A stretch of DNA of 64,000 nt from Waterburya sp. (GTDB taxonomy: Bacteria > Cyanobacteriota > Cyanobacteriia > Cyanobacteriales > Xenococcaceae). Of this stretch, positions 62,903 through 64,000 are shown piece by piece (positions within the stretch are counted from its first letter, which is position 1; every line of letters begins with the position of its first letter). The notes under the pieces were generated by a model. The model ran no database searches and was not told the origin of the DNA. It worked only from the letters and a program-made list of their open reading frames with translations. Location: positions 1,536,001 through 1,600,000 of the forward strand of contig CBDCJV010000002.1 of assembly GCA_965217895.1 (NCBI GenBank), given 5' to 3'. Made by a program: the position numbers and the translations under genes.

Positions 62903-63619
62903 TTATTTGCTTGCAGAAGAAAGTTTTTTACCAGTTTTGGTTACAGCAGATTTGGGCTGATTAATTTTGCTGCCTAATCCGTGTTCGAGAATCTGAAATA
63001 AGTCATCATAGATTTGATTGATTGCTTTCATATCAATATCTTTATCGACTCCCTTTTCAGCTAGCTGTTTAGTATCTAAACCAAGTTGGGCAGGAATATA
63101 GTGTCTCAATCCTTCTCCCAAAGTATTGATGGCAAAAACTGCCATATCTAGATTGATATCATTGGCTACATCTCCCTGTTCGATACCGTTTTGAACCAAC
63201 TGCTTCATATACTCGTTAGATGATGCTTGAGTCATAGCTAAAACATCTTCGCGAAAAGGTATATCGCCATATACGGCACGATTGATAATTTGGCTTAATG
63301 CGGGATGAGTCAGGTCAAATTTAGTCCCTACATCGAATAACCAACGCAGATAGGGAAAGAAACCCATCTTAGGTTCGGGTAGTTTTGCCTGCTGCACAAA
63401 GGCTAATTTCTCTTTATTGGCTAAATCCACCAAATACAAATAAAGCTCTTTTTTGTCTTCAAAATACTGGTAGAAACTGCCTTTAGCTATTTTGGCTTGT
63501 TTAACAATCTTGGTAATCGAAGCATTTTGATAATCGTTATTAGCAAACTCGGCGATCGCCAAGTCGGTAATTGTCTGTCGCTTTTTATCTGGGAGATTGA
63601 AAAATGTTTGGTTTGGCAT
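62903..63619 (-). CDS. TetR/AcrR family regulator
   Basis: MP..TFFNLP..K, A..EF...Y..ASI..IV..A.IAKGSFYQYFEDK.EL. Confidence 0.95.
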   Translation of the reverse strand: MPNQTFFNLPDKKRQTITDLAIAEFANNDYQNASITKIVKQAKIAKGSFYQYFEDKKELYLYLVDLANKEKLAFVQQAKLPEPKMGFFPYLRWLFDVGTKFDLTHPALSQIINRAVYGDIPFREDVLAMTQASSNEYMKQLVQNGIEQGDVANDINLDMAVFAINTLGEGLRHYIPAQLGLDTKQLAEKGVDKDIDMKAINQIYDDLFQILEHGLGSKINQPKSAVTKTGKKLSSASK

Positions 63620-63643
63620 AGCAAAAAGCTATTGATTTATATT

Positions 63644-63675
63644 GTGACCTAACAGTCACGTGACCTAATAGTCAT
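63644..63675. promoter_or_regulatory. Tandem TetR-type operator (2 x 16 bp)
   Basis: GTGAC-CTAACA-GTCAC directly followed by GTGAC-CTAATA-GTCAT, 25 nt upstream of tetR. Confidence 0.8.
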
Positions 63676-63705
63676 ATAATGGCACGAAGATAACCTCACT
63701 GTCAA
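63676..63705 (-). promoter_or_regulatory. Putative tetR promoter
   Basis: Minus strand TTGACA-N18-CATTAT immediately upstream of the operators. Confidence 0.55.
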
Positions 63706-63829
63706 CATATCTAAAAATTACAATAGCTAAAATTATTGAATTCCCGTTATTATCATTTCGGGTAATTATTACTAAAAGTCTTATTTCTTCGCATCTGTTG
63801 CAGTGAGCCTCCCCATTCCGAAATTTATT

Positions 63830-63855
63830 GCCCTAAAGGACTAGCTTCGCGTCGC
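63830..63855. repeat. Small dispersed repeat-like GC-rich element
   Basis: GCCCTAAAGGACTAGCTTCGCGTCGC in an AT-rich intergenic region; ends in a HIP1-like TCGC. Confidence 0.45.
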
Positions 63856-64000
63856 AAAACATAGTGCATAAATCATCAAATTTTGCCATTAACATTTGCA
63901 GCACTAAAAGGGGTCTGAAACGTAGAAACGTCGTCAAGCCCAAAACCGTCGCAAAAGTTAGTAGTTTTGCAACAATAAAGTTCTACTTAATAGGTTTATC

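Noticed and set aside
63890..63921. Sequence ending in GAAAC resembling a CRISPR repeat end or c-di-GMP riboswitch
   Set aside because: Single occurrence, no repeat-spacer periodicity, and the riboswitch consensus elements are not in the right order.

Overview
This is a cyanobacterial chromosomal segment. It is AT-rich, has abundant HIP1 GCGATCGC octamers, carries psaF/psaJ and ndhH/ndhQ, and has heptamer tandem repeats and GTAGGGGC-type REP palindromes. Pleurocapsales-like affinity is only an impression. Most of it is housekeeping: ndhQ, tRNA-Tyr, ndhH, pyrC, purA, rplY, hemL, hsp20, sufR-sufB, tsaD, psaFJ, larB/cpmA, ispE, anmK, Ser/Thr kinase, sipA, recJ, nfu, lptF/G, cysK, rpe and two RND efflux loci. 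No CRISPR array, rRNA or transposase was seen. The accessory or poorly understood parts are: (i) a two-gene module of a stand-alone NqrB/RnfD-like membrane protein plus an exported CxxC-bearing DUF2330-like protein (42.2-44.6 kb); (ii) a HIP1-free restriction-like island (XRE controller, PD-(D/E)XK nuclease and divergent HsdS-like subunit, no methylase) that appears fused to a truncated LOG gene, followed by a hicB broken by a 46-nt GC-rich hairpin insertion (55.6-57.9 kb); (iii) a translationally coupled pair of unknown helical proteins (0.95-1.46 kb); (iv) a cyclophilin apparently inserted inside an Ig/cadherin-like domain; (v) two tandem TA pairs; and (vi) sufB without sufCDS. Family names come from motif recognition by eye, not from database searches.
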